DNA from: an uncultured Clostridia bacterium
GTDB lineage: Bacteria > Bacillota > Clostridia > Oscillospirales > JAAYOS01
Direction of reading: 5' to 3'
Length of the DNA stretch: 64,000 bases
Assembly: GCA_947631015.1 (NCBI GenBank)
Contig: CANRJS010000004.1
Location: forward strand, 48,913-112,912
A program made the position numbers and the translations under genes. Below, piece after piece: positions 57,056-64,000 of the stretch (within the stretch, counting starts at the first letter, position 1; every line of letters begins with the position of its first letter). The notes below the pieces were generated by a model. The model did no database searches, was not told the DNA's origin, and saw only the letters and a list, made by a program, of their open reading frames with translations.

Positions 57056-57598
57056 CTATTCCCCGCTGAAGTAATCTCCTATGCCGAGCAGTAGATTTTC
57101 CAGTCCCGCAAAGAAGCCGTCGCCGCCCTTTTCCGAGTACGCCGTCACCTTGTCGCCGCGGCTTATGTCGATGTAGTCCACCTGATCCGATCCCGGCGAA
57201 TACATCCCTATCTCCTCCGCCTTCGCCGAGAGGTCGCTGAGGTTCATCGCCCTCTCGTACTCCACCCGGAGCTTTGCCGCCTCGCTTTTCAGCTCGGCGC
57301 TCTCGTTCTCGAGCCGCGCGGTGTCGATGGTCACTTCGTTGAGTATCATATAGTTCATTACTATGCCGAGCATCAGCGCAAAAAGAACCACATAGCTGAA
57401 CACCGCGAACGCGCTCACGCGCATGCGCGGACGTGCGTCCGTCTTCGACGCCGTCTTTGACTTCTGCTTTACGGGAAGCTCGGGCGTGACCTCCTCGCTC
57501 TCGAGCGCCTCGCGCACACGGCGGCGGCGGTCGAAGCGCGACAGGTCGTAGGCTACGTTGCCCTCGTACATATTCGGCTCTCTTGCTTCCGTTGCCAT
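57056..57598 (-). CDS. ftsL: FtsL-like cell division protein (single TM helix plus coiled coil)
   Basis: 180 aa from ATG 57598. TM helix AFAVFSYVVLFALMLGIVMNYMIL followed by a heptad-like segment. Position between rsmH and the PBP gene. Confidence 0.7.
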   Translation of the reverse strand: MATEAREPNMYEGNVAYDLSRFDRRRRVREALESEEVTPELPVKQKSKTASKTDARPRMRVSAFAVFSYVVLFALMLGIVMNYMILNEVTIDTARLENESAELKSEAAKLRVEYERAMNLSDLSAKAEEIGMYSPGSDQVDYIDISRGDKVTAYSEKGGDGFFAGLENLLLGIGDYFSGE

Positions 57599-57634
57599 CC
57601 CGAGTTCCCCTTCCTTCGAAATTCCGTACCGCAT

Positions 57635-58564
57635 TTATACTATCTTCTCCGCCGCCCGAAGCTTCGCGCTCCGCGCGCGGGAATTTTCTTTAAGCTCCGC
57701 CTCGCCGGCCGTCACCGGCTTCTTTGTGATGAGCTTCAGTTCCGGCTTCCTGCCGCAGACGCACACCGGAAAGTCCGGCGGGCAGATGCAGCCCTTCGCC
57801 TTTTCCTGCATGAAGTTCTTGACTATCCTGTCCTCGAGCGAATGGAAGCTCATCACCGCGAGCCTCCCTCCCGGCCGAAGCAGCTCCCATATACTTCCGA
57901 GCGCCGCTTCGAGCGCTCCGAGCTCGTCGTTTACCGCTATCCGTATCGCCTGGAAACTACGCTTCGCGGGGTGCTGCGCCTCCCGGCGCGCCGCCGCGGG
58001 CATCGCCCCGCGTATCACGTCCGCAAGCTCAAGCGTTCTCTCTATCGGCCGCGCCGCGACTATCGCCGCCGCTATCCGCGCGGCGTACCGCTCCTCGCCG
58101 TAGTCGCGGAGTATGCGTATAAGCTCCTCCTGTGGCCACTCGTTTACGACCTCCGCCGCGCTGAGGGCGGCGCTCCTGTCCATTCTCATGTCGAGCGGCG
58201 CGTCCGCCATATAGGAAAAGCCCCTCGAAGCGTCGTCAAGCTGGGGCGACGAAACGCCGAGGTCCATCAGAACCCCATCCAGTCCCGAGACGCCCCGGCT
58301 TCGGAGCTCGTCCGCCGCGTCCCGAAAGTCACAGCGCAGGAGCTCGACCTTTTCCCCAAACTCCCGCAGGAGCTCGCCCGCCTCGATTATCGCGGTTTCG
58401 TCCCGGTCTACGCCGTAGAGACGTCCCGTGGTGAGGCGGCGCACTATCTCGCGGGAATGGCCCGCGCGTCCGAGCGTGAGGTCGGCGTAGACGCCGTCCG
58501 GCTTTACCGCGAGCGCTTCGATGCACTCCGCGAGCATCACCGGCTTATGCGAGAACGTCTCCAT
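57635..58564 (-). CDS. rsmH: 16S rRNA (cytosine1402-N4)-methyltransferase
   Basis: 309 aa with HKPVML, DLTLGRAGHS and DLGVSSPQLD motifs. Starts 1 nt after the mraZ stop. Confidence 0.93.
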   Translation of the reverse strand: METFSHKPVMLAECIEALAVKPDGVYADLTLGRAGHSREIVRRLTTGRLYGVDRDETAIIEAGELLREFGEKVELLRCDFRDAADELRSRGVSGLDGVLMDLGVSSPQLDDASRGFSYMADAPLDMRMDRSAALSAAEVVNEWPQEELIRILRDYGEERYAARIAAAIVAARPIERTLELADVIRGAMPAAARREAQHPAKRSFQAIRIAVNDELGALEAALGSIWELLRPGGRLAVMSFHSLEDRIVKNFMQEKAKGCICPPDFPVCVCGRKPELKLITKKPVTAGEAELKENSRARSAKLRAAEKIV

Positions 58565-58565
58565 C

Positions 58566-58973
58566 TCAGCCGTCCAGAGCGGCGGCGAGATCTTCGGCGG
58601 TCATGGAGTTGTTGAACTCCTCCCACGTCTTTGAGTTCCAGATCTCGGCCCACTCGCCCACGCCGATAAACGAGACGTCGTGCTCGAGCGACGCGTACTC
58701 TCTCAGCTCCTTGGGAATGATGATTCTTCCCTGACCGTCCGGCTCGCAGGTGACGGCATTCGCAAAAAGCATACGCTTCAGCACCCTCGCTCTCGCGGAG
58801 GGCATCTGCGACACCTTGTCCGCCATACGCGCCCATTCGGTCTCGGAGTAAGCGGAAAGGCAGTTGTCCGCGCCTTTTGTGACATAGAAACGCTCGCCAA
58901 GCTCGGTTCTGAGCTTCGCGGGTACAGCAAGACGCCCCTTAGCGTCCAGTGTGCATTTCCAACTGCCTGTCAT
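58566..58973 (-). CDS. mraZ: Transcriptional regulator MraZ
   Basis: 135 aa from ATG 58973 (RBS GAGGTGG). Two DxxxR-type SpoVT/AbrB-like repeats (LDAKGRLAVPAKLR and PDGQGRIIIPKELR). Confidence 0.9.
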   Translation of the reverse strand: MTGSWKCTLDAKGRLAVPAKLRTELGERFYVTKGADNCLSAYSETEWARMADKVSQMPSARARVLKRMLFANAVTCEPDGQGRIIIPKELREYASLEHDVSFIGVGEWAEIWNSKTWEEFNNSMTAEDLAAALDG

Positions 58974-59005
58974 TTTCCACCTCTCACCTAAATGTGGGTT
59001 AAAAT

Positions 59006-59030
59006 CACCACTATTCCCCACCTTGCCCTT
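59006..59030 (-). promoter_or_regulatory. Candidate MraZ operator: three direct GGG/GTGG-containing repeats with 10-bp phasing
   Basis: Minus strand reads AAAGGGCAAG GTGGGGAATA GTGGTGATTT immediately downstream of the -10 hexamer. This resembles the spaced TGGGN-type MraZ boxes described in other bacteria. Confidence 0.45.
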
Positions 59031-59032
59031 TT

Positions 59033-59060
59033 AGTATAACAGGCTGCGGAAAAATTGCAA
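59033..59060 (-). promoter_or_regulatory. Candidate dcw (mraZ) promoter
   Basis: On the minus strand: TTGCAA, 16 nt, TATACT. Confidence 0.55.
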
Positions 59061-59205
59061 GTGTTTTTTTCTAACTTTTCTCAAGCGATATGTAAAAAAA
59101 GAGGTTTTTTCGTAGAGATTTCCGTAATCCAAAACACTTGTTCGTATCTCTCCCGTACATACATACGATTTTGACGTCTGCCTCCCCACACTTTTCCGCA
59201 AGCCA

Positions 59206-59241
59206 AAAACAGCCCGGACGGTTTCCCGTCCGGGCTGTTTT
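59206..59241 (-). terminator. Rho-independent terminator upstream of the mraZ promoter
   Basis: AAAACAGCCCGGACGG-TTTC-CCGTCCGGGCTGTTTT, with T-runs in both orientations. Confidence 0.8.
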
Positions 59242-59344
59242 AAGTCTGTTGAAAAGCCTCGTAGAGTTCGCCGCCGCAGACGGAGAACTCTGGTTCAATC
59301 AGTTTTTCGGCGCCATACGCCCGCGAACCTTTACCACATTCAAC

Positions 59345-59747
59345 TTTCTACGCCGCCAAGGGCGACGTCCGCGCCTGTTCGCGCGGTTAAAGTTGCTTGC
59401 CGCAGGCAAGCAACTTTGCGAAGCCCCGATTCATTCGGGGCGAGCATTTCAATCGGAAGGGCTCCCACGCGGTCACCGACCGCGTGGGAATGCGTCGATT
59501 TTCCGCCGAAGGCGGTTCCGCGCCTGTTCGCGCGGTTAAAGTTGCTTGCCATAGGCAAGCAACTTTGCGGAGCCCCGATTCATTCGGGGCGAGCATTTCA
59601 ATCGGAAGGGCTCCCACGCGGTCACCGACCGCGTGGGAATTGCGTAGCGGAGCGTTGCCACCGGCAGAGCGAAGCTCTGTCCGGCTGTCTCGCGGGAAAT
59701 TGGTAAAGGAGCGGGCTTTTGCCCGCTCCTGCGATTTCCCGCGAAAA
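59345..59747 (-). repeat. Intergenic multi-hairpin repeat locus F: two tandem type-1 units (59370-59491 and 59519-59641, 149-bp period) plus a large-hairpin module (59690-59747), all in minus orientation
   Basis: The reverse complement reads AATTCCC-ACGCGGTC-GGT-GACCGCGT-GGGAGCCCTTCCGATTGAAATGCTCG-CCCCGA-ATGAA-TCGGGG-CTCCGCA-AAGTTGCTTGCC..GGCAAGCAACTT-TAACCGCGCGAACAGGCGCGGA. The unit is duplicated with only a few substitutions. Confidence 0.9.
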
Positions 59748-59783
59748 TTTTTCTGAAAAGTCCTAACGGACTTTTCAGAAAAA
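59748..59783 (-). terminator. Rho-independent terminator directly after the coiled-coil protein gene
   Basis: TTTTTCTGAAAAGTCC-GTTA-GGACTTTTCAGAAAAA on the minus strand, starting 1 nt after the TAA stop and followed by TTTTCG. Confidence 0.8.
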
Positions 59784-59784
59784 T

Positions 59785-60243
59785 TTAATTTTTGCTTGCG
59801 TTCTTGAAGCTCCCGCGTGAGGTCTTGACCTCGCCGAGTGCTTCCTCGAGCGCCTCCTGAGCACGGGCAAGCGCGTCGTCGACATACCTGTTGGTGGCGA
59901 TGCGCAGCTCCTTGCTCTTCTGCTCGGCGGCGTTCACTATCTCGCTTGCCTTCTGTCGCGCCGCGATGACGACCTCGTCGCGGCTGACCATCTGACGCGC
60001 GCGCTCCTCAGCGGCGCGCTTTATGGCGTCCGCCTCGCGCTTGGCGGAACCGCTTATCTCATTCTTGGTCGCCACGATATTGCGGGCCTGCTCTATCTCG
60101 GAGGGCAGTCTGTTCTCGATATCCTCGATAAGCTCCAGCACCTGGGCGCGGTCAATGACGCATTTTGCCCTTCCGAGCGAAAATCCGTCCTGCACCGCGT
60201 TTTTGAGCAGCTCCAAAAGTTCATCTACGTCATGACCGGCCAT
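59785..60243 (-). CDS. Coiled-coil protein of unknown function (often annotated ATPase / ATP synthase subunit b or H-like)
   Basis: 152 aa, highly charged and heptad-rich (..AKREADAIKRAAEERARQM..AEQKSKELRIATNRYVDDALARAQEALEEAL..). Confidence 0.7.
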   Translation of the reverse strand: MAGHDVDELLELLKNAVQDGFSLGRAKCVIDRAQVLELIEDIENRLPSEIEQARNIVATKNEISGSAKREADAIKRAAEERARQMVSRDEVVIAARQKASEIVNAAEQKSKELRIATNRYVDDALARAQEALEEALGEVKTSRGSFKNASKN

Positions 60244-60263
60244 ATTTTTATCCTCCCGTTTTG

Positions 60264-60752
60264 TTATTTCCTGCCGTACTTAGCCGAAAGTCTCTTTTCC
60301 ACACACTCGGGGACCCACTTCGATATGTCCGCGCCGTAGCGGAGGAATTCTCTCACCACGGTCGAGCTTATCTGCGAGGTCTCCGCACGCGCGGGGAGTA
60401 TCAGCGTGTCGATATCGAAGGTGCGGTTCGCCGCCGCGATCTCCTCCTCGTACTCGAAGTCCCGCGTGCTCCGCGCGCCCTTGACGAGCACCGACGGAGC
60501 GTACCTCGCGCAGAGGTCGCGCGTGAAACCGTCGTCCACGATGACCTCGACCGTGTCGAGGTGCGCCGTCGCCTCGTGAATGAGCCCCGCGCGCTCCTCC
60601 GGACTGAGAAGCCCCTGCTTGCCGGAGTGACCGTTGTGCATCACCGCGACCACGACTCTCGGGAAGATCTTAGCCGCGCGCTCGATTATGTCGAGGTGTC
60701 CGAGCGTGACCGGGTCAAAGCTTCCTGGATATATCGCCGTCAATGCCCTCAT
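60264..60752 (-). CDS. coaD: Phosphopantetheine adenylyltransferase
   Basis: 162 aa from ATG 60752 with AIYPGSFDPVTLGHLDII (HxGH-type motif). The track's longer ORF adds an Arg/Ser-rich extension overlapping rsmD. Confidence 0.92.
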   Translation of the reverse strand: MRALTAIYPGSFDPVTLGHLDIIERAAKIFPRVVVAVMHNGHSGKQGLLSPEERAGLIHEATAHLDTVEVIVDDGFTRDLCARYAPSVLVKGARSTRDFEYEEEIAAANRTFDIDTLILPARAETSQISSTVVREFLRYGADISKWVPECVEKRLSAKYGRK

Positions 60753-61302
60753 CCTCCTCCGTCTCCTCGCGGATGTAGACCGTGAGCTTTGTGCGTCCGA
60801 AGCCATACTCCCTGCCCCGGACAAGTCCTCCGACCCGCTCCGGGAGCGTGTCCTTTGACTCGCTCTCAACCACTATTATACCACCAAATTCGAGCGTGTC
60901 AAACCTTGCCGCGAGTTCGAGGGTACGCTTCCACAGTTTTTCGGCGTAGGGCGGGTCGACAAGCACTATATCGAACCGCTCTCCGCGCTTGAGATACCCC
61001 GCGTAGTCGCCGAGGATGAGCTTCGAGCGGTCGAGAAAGCCGCACTTCGTCACGTTCTCCCGCGCAACGGCGAGCGCCGCGCGGTCGTTATCGACAAACA
61101 CGCATTCCGCCGCGCCGCGGCTCAGCGCCTCTATCCCGAGCTGACCCGACCCGGCGAACAGGTCGAGCACGCGCCGTCCCTCGAGGTCGAACTGGAGTAT
61201 CGAGAACATCGCCTCCTTGACCTTTCCGGCGGTCGGACGGGTGTGGAGCCCGTCAAGGGTCTTGAGGTTCCGCCCCTTGGCCTCTCCGGTTATCACTCTC
61301 AT
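60715..61302 (-). CDS. rsmD: 16S rRNA (guanine966-N2)-methyltransferase
   Basis: 195 aa with MRVITGEAKGR, DLFAGSGQLGIEALSRGA and the DPPY motif. Confidence 0.9.
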   Translation of the reverse strand: MRVITGEAKGRNLKTLDGLHTRPTAGKVKEAMFSILQFDLEGRRVLDLFAGSGQLGIEALSRGAAECVFVDNDRAALAVARENVTKCGFLDRSKLILGDYAGYLKRGERFDIVLVDPPYAEKLWKRTLELAARFDTLEFGGIIVVESESKDTLPERVGGLVRGREYGFGRTKLTVYIREETEEDEGIDGDISRKL

Positions 61303-63146
61303 TCCTTTTCCTCACTTTTCCGCGCCTTCTCGTCAAAGTACGCTCTTATCTTTCCTGCGGCGAAGGGACCTACGGTCTCCGCAAGCTCCTCCTCGCTCGC
61401 CGTGCTTATCTTCTTCACCGAACCGAACCGCTTCAGGAGCGCGGTGCGGCGCTTCTCCCCGATGCCCTCTATCTTCTCTAGCTCCGAGCCGTGGAGTTTC
61501 CTTGAGCGCAGCTCGCGGTTGTAGGTTATCGCGAAGCGGTGCGCCTCCTCCTGTATCCTTCCGACGAACCCGAAGAGCTGCGGGTTGCCGGAAATCGACA
61601 CCTCGCTCCCCTCCGGGCTGACGAGCGCCCGCGTGCGGTGCCGCCCGTCCTTGACCATTCCGTATATCAGCGGGTCGAAGCCGAGAGCCCGCGCGGCGCT
61701 CCGCGCCGCGCGGGCGTGCTCCGCACCGCCGTCTATCAGCACGAGGTCAGGGGCGGGAAGGAACTTCTCGTCCCCCTCCTTCAGATGCGTAAAGCGCCGC
61801 GTTATCGTCTCCGCCATAGACGCGTAGTCGTCCTGACCCTCTATCGTCTTCATCTTGAAGCGGCGGTAGGCGCTCCGCTTCGGCGCGCCGTCCTCCATGA
61901 CGACCATCGACGAGACGACGTCCTGCCCCGCGAAGTTTGAGACGTCGAACGCCTCTATCCGCTTCGGCGCGGTCTCTAGCCCGAGCGCCGCGCGGAGCAA
62001 TTCGAGCGAACGCGCGGTGCGGTCGCGGTTCGTTGTTACCCGCTCCGCCTCCTCGCGCGCGTTCCGCGCCGCCATGCGCATGAGCTCCATTCTCTCTCCG
62101 CGCTTCGGCACCAGTATCTCGACCTTCCGCCCGACGCGCTCCGAGAGCATCCGCGCGAGGTTTTCGCGGTTCTCCACGTCGAACGGCAGAAGCACCGTCC
62201 TCGGCGGGTCGGAGCGGGAGATGTAGTACTGGGTGAGGAACGCGTCAAGTATCTCCTCCGGCGTTCCCTCGACCGACTGCTCTATCACAGTCGCCTCTTT
62301 GTCGGTGAGCGTACCGTCGACGTAGCGGAGCACCGAGACGGCGCTCCGCGCCGCCTTGTAGAAGCCGAAAACGTCGGTGTCCGGCGCGCCGCCGCCTATA
62401 ACGTGCTGGCGGCTCCGGAGCTTTTCGACCGCCGCGAGGCGGTCGCGCAGCACCGCCGCGCGCTCGAACTTCAGCTCCTCCGCGGCGCGCTCCATCTCCT
62501 CGCGGAGAGCGTCCGCCGCCTCGTCGCCTTTACCTTGGAGAACGTCGCACGCCTCGCGTATGAGCTCGCGGTACTCCTCCTGCGTTATGTCTCCCTTGCA
62601 GGGCGCAACGCACCTGCCCATGTGGTAGTTGAGGCAGGGACGCTCCCTTCCGATGTCGCGCGGAAAGACCCTCGTGCAGTCGGGGAGCTTCAGCGCCTCC
62701 CGTATGGCAAGCACCGAGCGGTGCGCCATCGCAAGCCCGTAGTACGGGCCGAACCACGCCGCGCCGTCGTCAAGCGGGGCGGGCGAGAGCGTAAAGTTCG
62801 GGTAGGGCTCGCGGAGGTCGCAGCGGATATAGTGGAAGCCCTTGCTGTCCTTGAGTTTGATGTTGTACTTGGGTTGGTGCTGCTTTATGAGCGAGCATTC
62901 GAGCATCAGCGCCTCATACTCGCTCGCGGCGACGATATAGTTGAAGTCGTTTATCTTTGAGACGAGCTTCCGCGTCTTTTCGGTGTGCGACTGCTGATCC
63001 TGAAAGTAGGAGCTGACGCGGTTCTTGAGCTTCTTCGCCTTGCCGACGTATATGACCTCTCCGCGCGAATCGAGCATGATGTACACGCCCGGCTCCGCCG
63101 GCAGAGACAGCACCTTCTTTTTCAGTCTTTCCAGTCTATCGTCCAA
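61299..63146 (-). CDS. uvrC: Excinuclease ABC subunit C
   Basis: 615 aa, TTG start with RBS GGAGG. GIY-YIG N-terminus (GVYIMLDSRGEVIYVGKAKKLKNRVSSY), UVR domain, and C-terminal endonuclease plus (HhH)2. Confidence 0.95.
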   Translation of the reverse strand: MDDRLERLKKKVLSLPAEPGVYIMLDSRGEVIYVGKAKKLKNRVSSYFQDQQSHTEKTRKLVSKINDFNYIVAASEYEALMLECSLIKQHQPKYNIKLKDSKGFHYIRCDLREPYPNFTLSPAPLDDGAAWFGPYYGLAMAHRSVLAIREALKLPDCTRVFPRDIGRERPCLNYHMGRCVAPCKGDITQEEYRELIREACDVLQGKGDEAADALREEMERAAEELKFERAAVLRDRLAAVEKLRSRQHVIGGGAPDTDVFGFYKAARSAVSVLRYVDGTLTDKEATVIEQSVEGTPEEILDAFLTQYYISRSDPPRTVLLPFDVENRENLARMLSERVGRKVEILVPKRGERMELMRMAARNAREEAERVTTNRDRTARSLELLRAALGLETAPKRIEAFDVSNFAGQDVVSSMVVMEDGAPKRSAYRRFKMKTIEGQDDYASMAETITRRFTHLKEGDEKFLPAPDLVLIDGGAEHARAARSAARALGFDPLIYGMVKDGRHRTRALVSPEGSEVSISGNPQLFGFVGRIQEEAHRFAITYNRELRSRKLHGSELEKIEGIGEKRRTALLKRFGSVKKISTASEEELAETVGPFAAGKIRAYFDEKARKSEEKE

Positions 63147-63206
63147 AGCGCGCCTCCAAAACGCAAAAGACCCCGCCCTCGCGGACGGGATCTCACAGCC
63201 TTGATA

Positions 63207-63470
63207 TTACTCGGAGAAATTGGACTCTATGAGCGCGCAGAGCGTGTCGACCGCCTGCTGCTCGTCCGAACCATCCGCGATTATTGTTATCTTCGTTCCC
63301 TTGATTATACCGAGGGAAAGGACGCCAAGCAGGCTCTTCGCGTTAACGCGGCGCTCGTCCTTCTCGACCCAGATGCCGCTCTTGAACTCGTTGGCTTTCT
63401 GAATAAAGAAGGTCGCGGGCCGCGCATGAAGTCCTACCTGATTGTTGACTACTACCTCTTTGGTTACCAT
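63207..63470 (-). CDS. ptsH: Phosphocarrier protein HPr
   Basis: 87 aa from ATG 63470 (RBS GGAGGGG). GLHARPA (His15) and KSLLGVLSLG (Ser46 region). Confidence 0.9.
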   Translation of the reverse strand: MVTKEVVVNNQVGLHARPATFFIQKANEFKSGIWVEKDERRVNAKSLLGVLSLGIIKGTKITIIADGSDEQQAVDTLCALIESNFSE

Positions 63471-63742
63471 ACTCGAATCCCCTCCAAATAGACACGGACC
63501 CGCAGGTCCGGCTTCTTCACAGATTGGCTGGAATAAGGATACCATATTTTCAATGCAAAAGTCAACCTTTTTTCTGCTTTTGAAACGCAAAAGCAACATT
63601 TCGTTCATTTAGACAAACCTCGGCTCGCAAGGCGGCGCGGTTTTGTGGGTTTTTGCGGCGATTTTTTCACCCCGAAGCGCTCCGAGGGGACGTGTATCCT
63701 CGTCCGCGGGCGGCGGACAATGTCCGCCGCCCGTGTCCGTTC

Positions 63743-64000
63743 TCAGAACTCCACTATGGTGACGCCGCTCTCTCCCTCGCCGTACTTTCCCATTCGGAAG
63801 GAGCTCACCCGGCGGTCGGAGCGCAGCTTCTCGGTGATGGCGTTCCGGAGCGCTCCCGTGCCCTTGCCGTGGATTATCGTCACGGATGTGAGACCCGCCA
63901 TCACTGCGGCGTCGAGGAACGCGTCCACGTCCTCGAGCGCTTCCCCGACGGTCTCGCCCCTGAGGTCGAGTTCGCTCTTTGCCGCCCGCTCGCCGAGCGG
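63743..64000 (-). CDS. mutS2: Endonuclease MutS2, C-terminal Smr domain (5' part lies outside the window)
   Basis: The frame is open to the window edge. ELDLRGETVGEALEDVDAFLDAAVMAGLTSVTIIHGKGTGALR.. is the Smr domain pattern. Confidence 0.85.
   Translation of the reverse strand, partial: PLGERAAKSELDLRGETVGEALEDVDAFLDAAVMAGLTSVTIIHGKGTGALRNAITEKLRSDRRVSSFRMGKYGEGESGVTIVEF

Noticed and set aside
59071-59298. 75-aa minus-strand ORF upstream of mraZ.
   Set aside because: It spans a terminator hairpin and promoter-proximal AT-rich DNA. It has no RBS and a low-complexity product.
59345-59747. Possible CRISPR array, given conserved ~26-nt segments separated by variable segments.
   Set aside because: There are only one or two units per locus. 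The 'variable' segments are self-complementary hairpins rather than unique spacers. Unit spacing is irregular, no cas genes are present, and the same architecture recurs at dispersed loci.

Overview
High-G+C Firmicutes/Clostridia-type chromosomal segment. The taxon is inferred from the Prp-L27 processing pair, a T-box leader, IreB, a SpoVD-like PBP with PASTA domains and an SLH-like protein. The content is almost entirely housekeeping. Plus strand: infB-rbfA-nrnA-truB-ribF; rplU-prp-rpmA and obg; a Phe T-box followed by pheS-pheT; dapF-dapL; a GH2 beta-galactosidase; nagB; rex plus an IlvD/Edd-family dehydratase. Minus strand: a dcw cluster running mraZ-rsmH-ftsL-pbp-murE-mraY-ftsW-murG-murA-ftsQ-ftsZ, then uvrC-rsmD-coaD, ptsH and the 3' end of mutS2. 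I saw no rRNA, tRNA, CRISPR array, IS/transposase, prophage or recognisable defence genes, and I could not identify a convincing novel protein-encoded system. The most unusual signal is non-coding: a modular family of multi-hairpin elements at six intergenic loci, roughly 2 kb in total. Junctions and loops are conserved, stems differ between copies but still pair, module order is fixed, and every unit is co-oriented with the gene that ends next to it. Secondary observations are:
- a GNAT gene frameshifted at an A7 run
- an unlisted 37-aa tiny membrane peptide with its own RBS and terminator
- a double-activase (BcrAD/BadFG-type) two-gene module of unknown function
- a structured 5' UTR upstream of a CDF metal exporter
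- a small low-G+C islet
- a dcw cluster lacking murF, murD and ftsA
- candidate MraZ operator repeats
Many long ORFs in the supplied track are antisense or alternative-frame artefacts of high G+C and were rejected. All calls come from reading the sequence and translations by eye; no database search was run.
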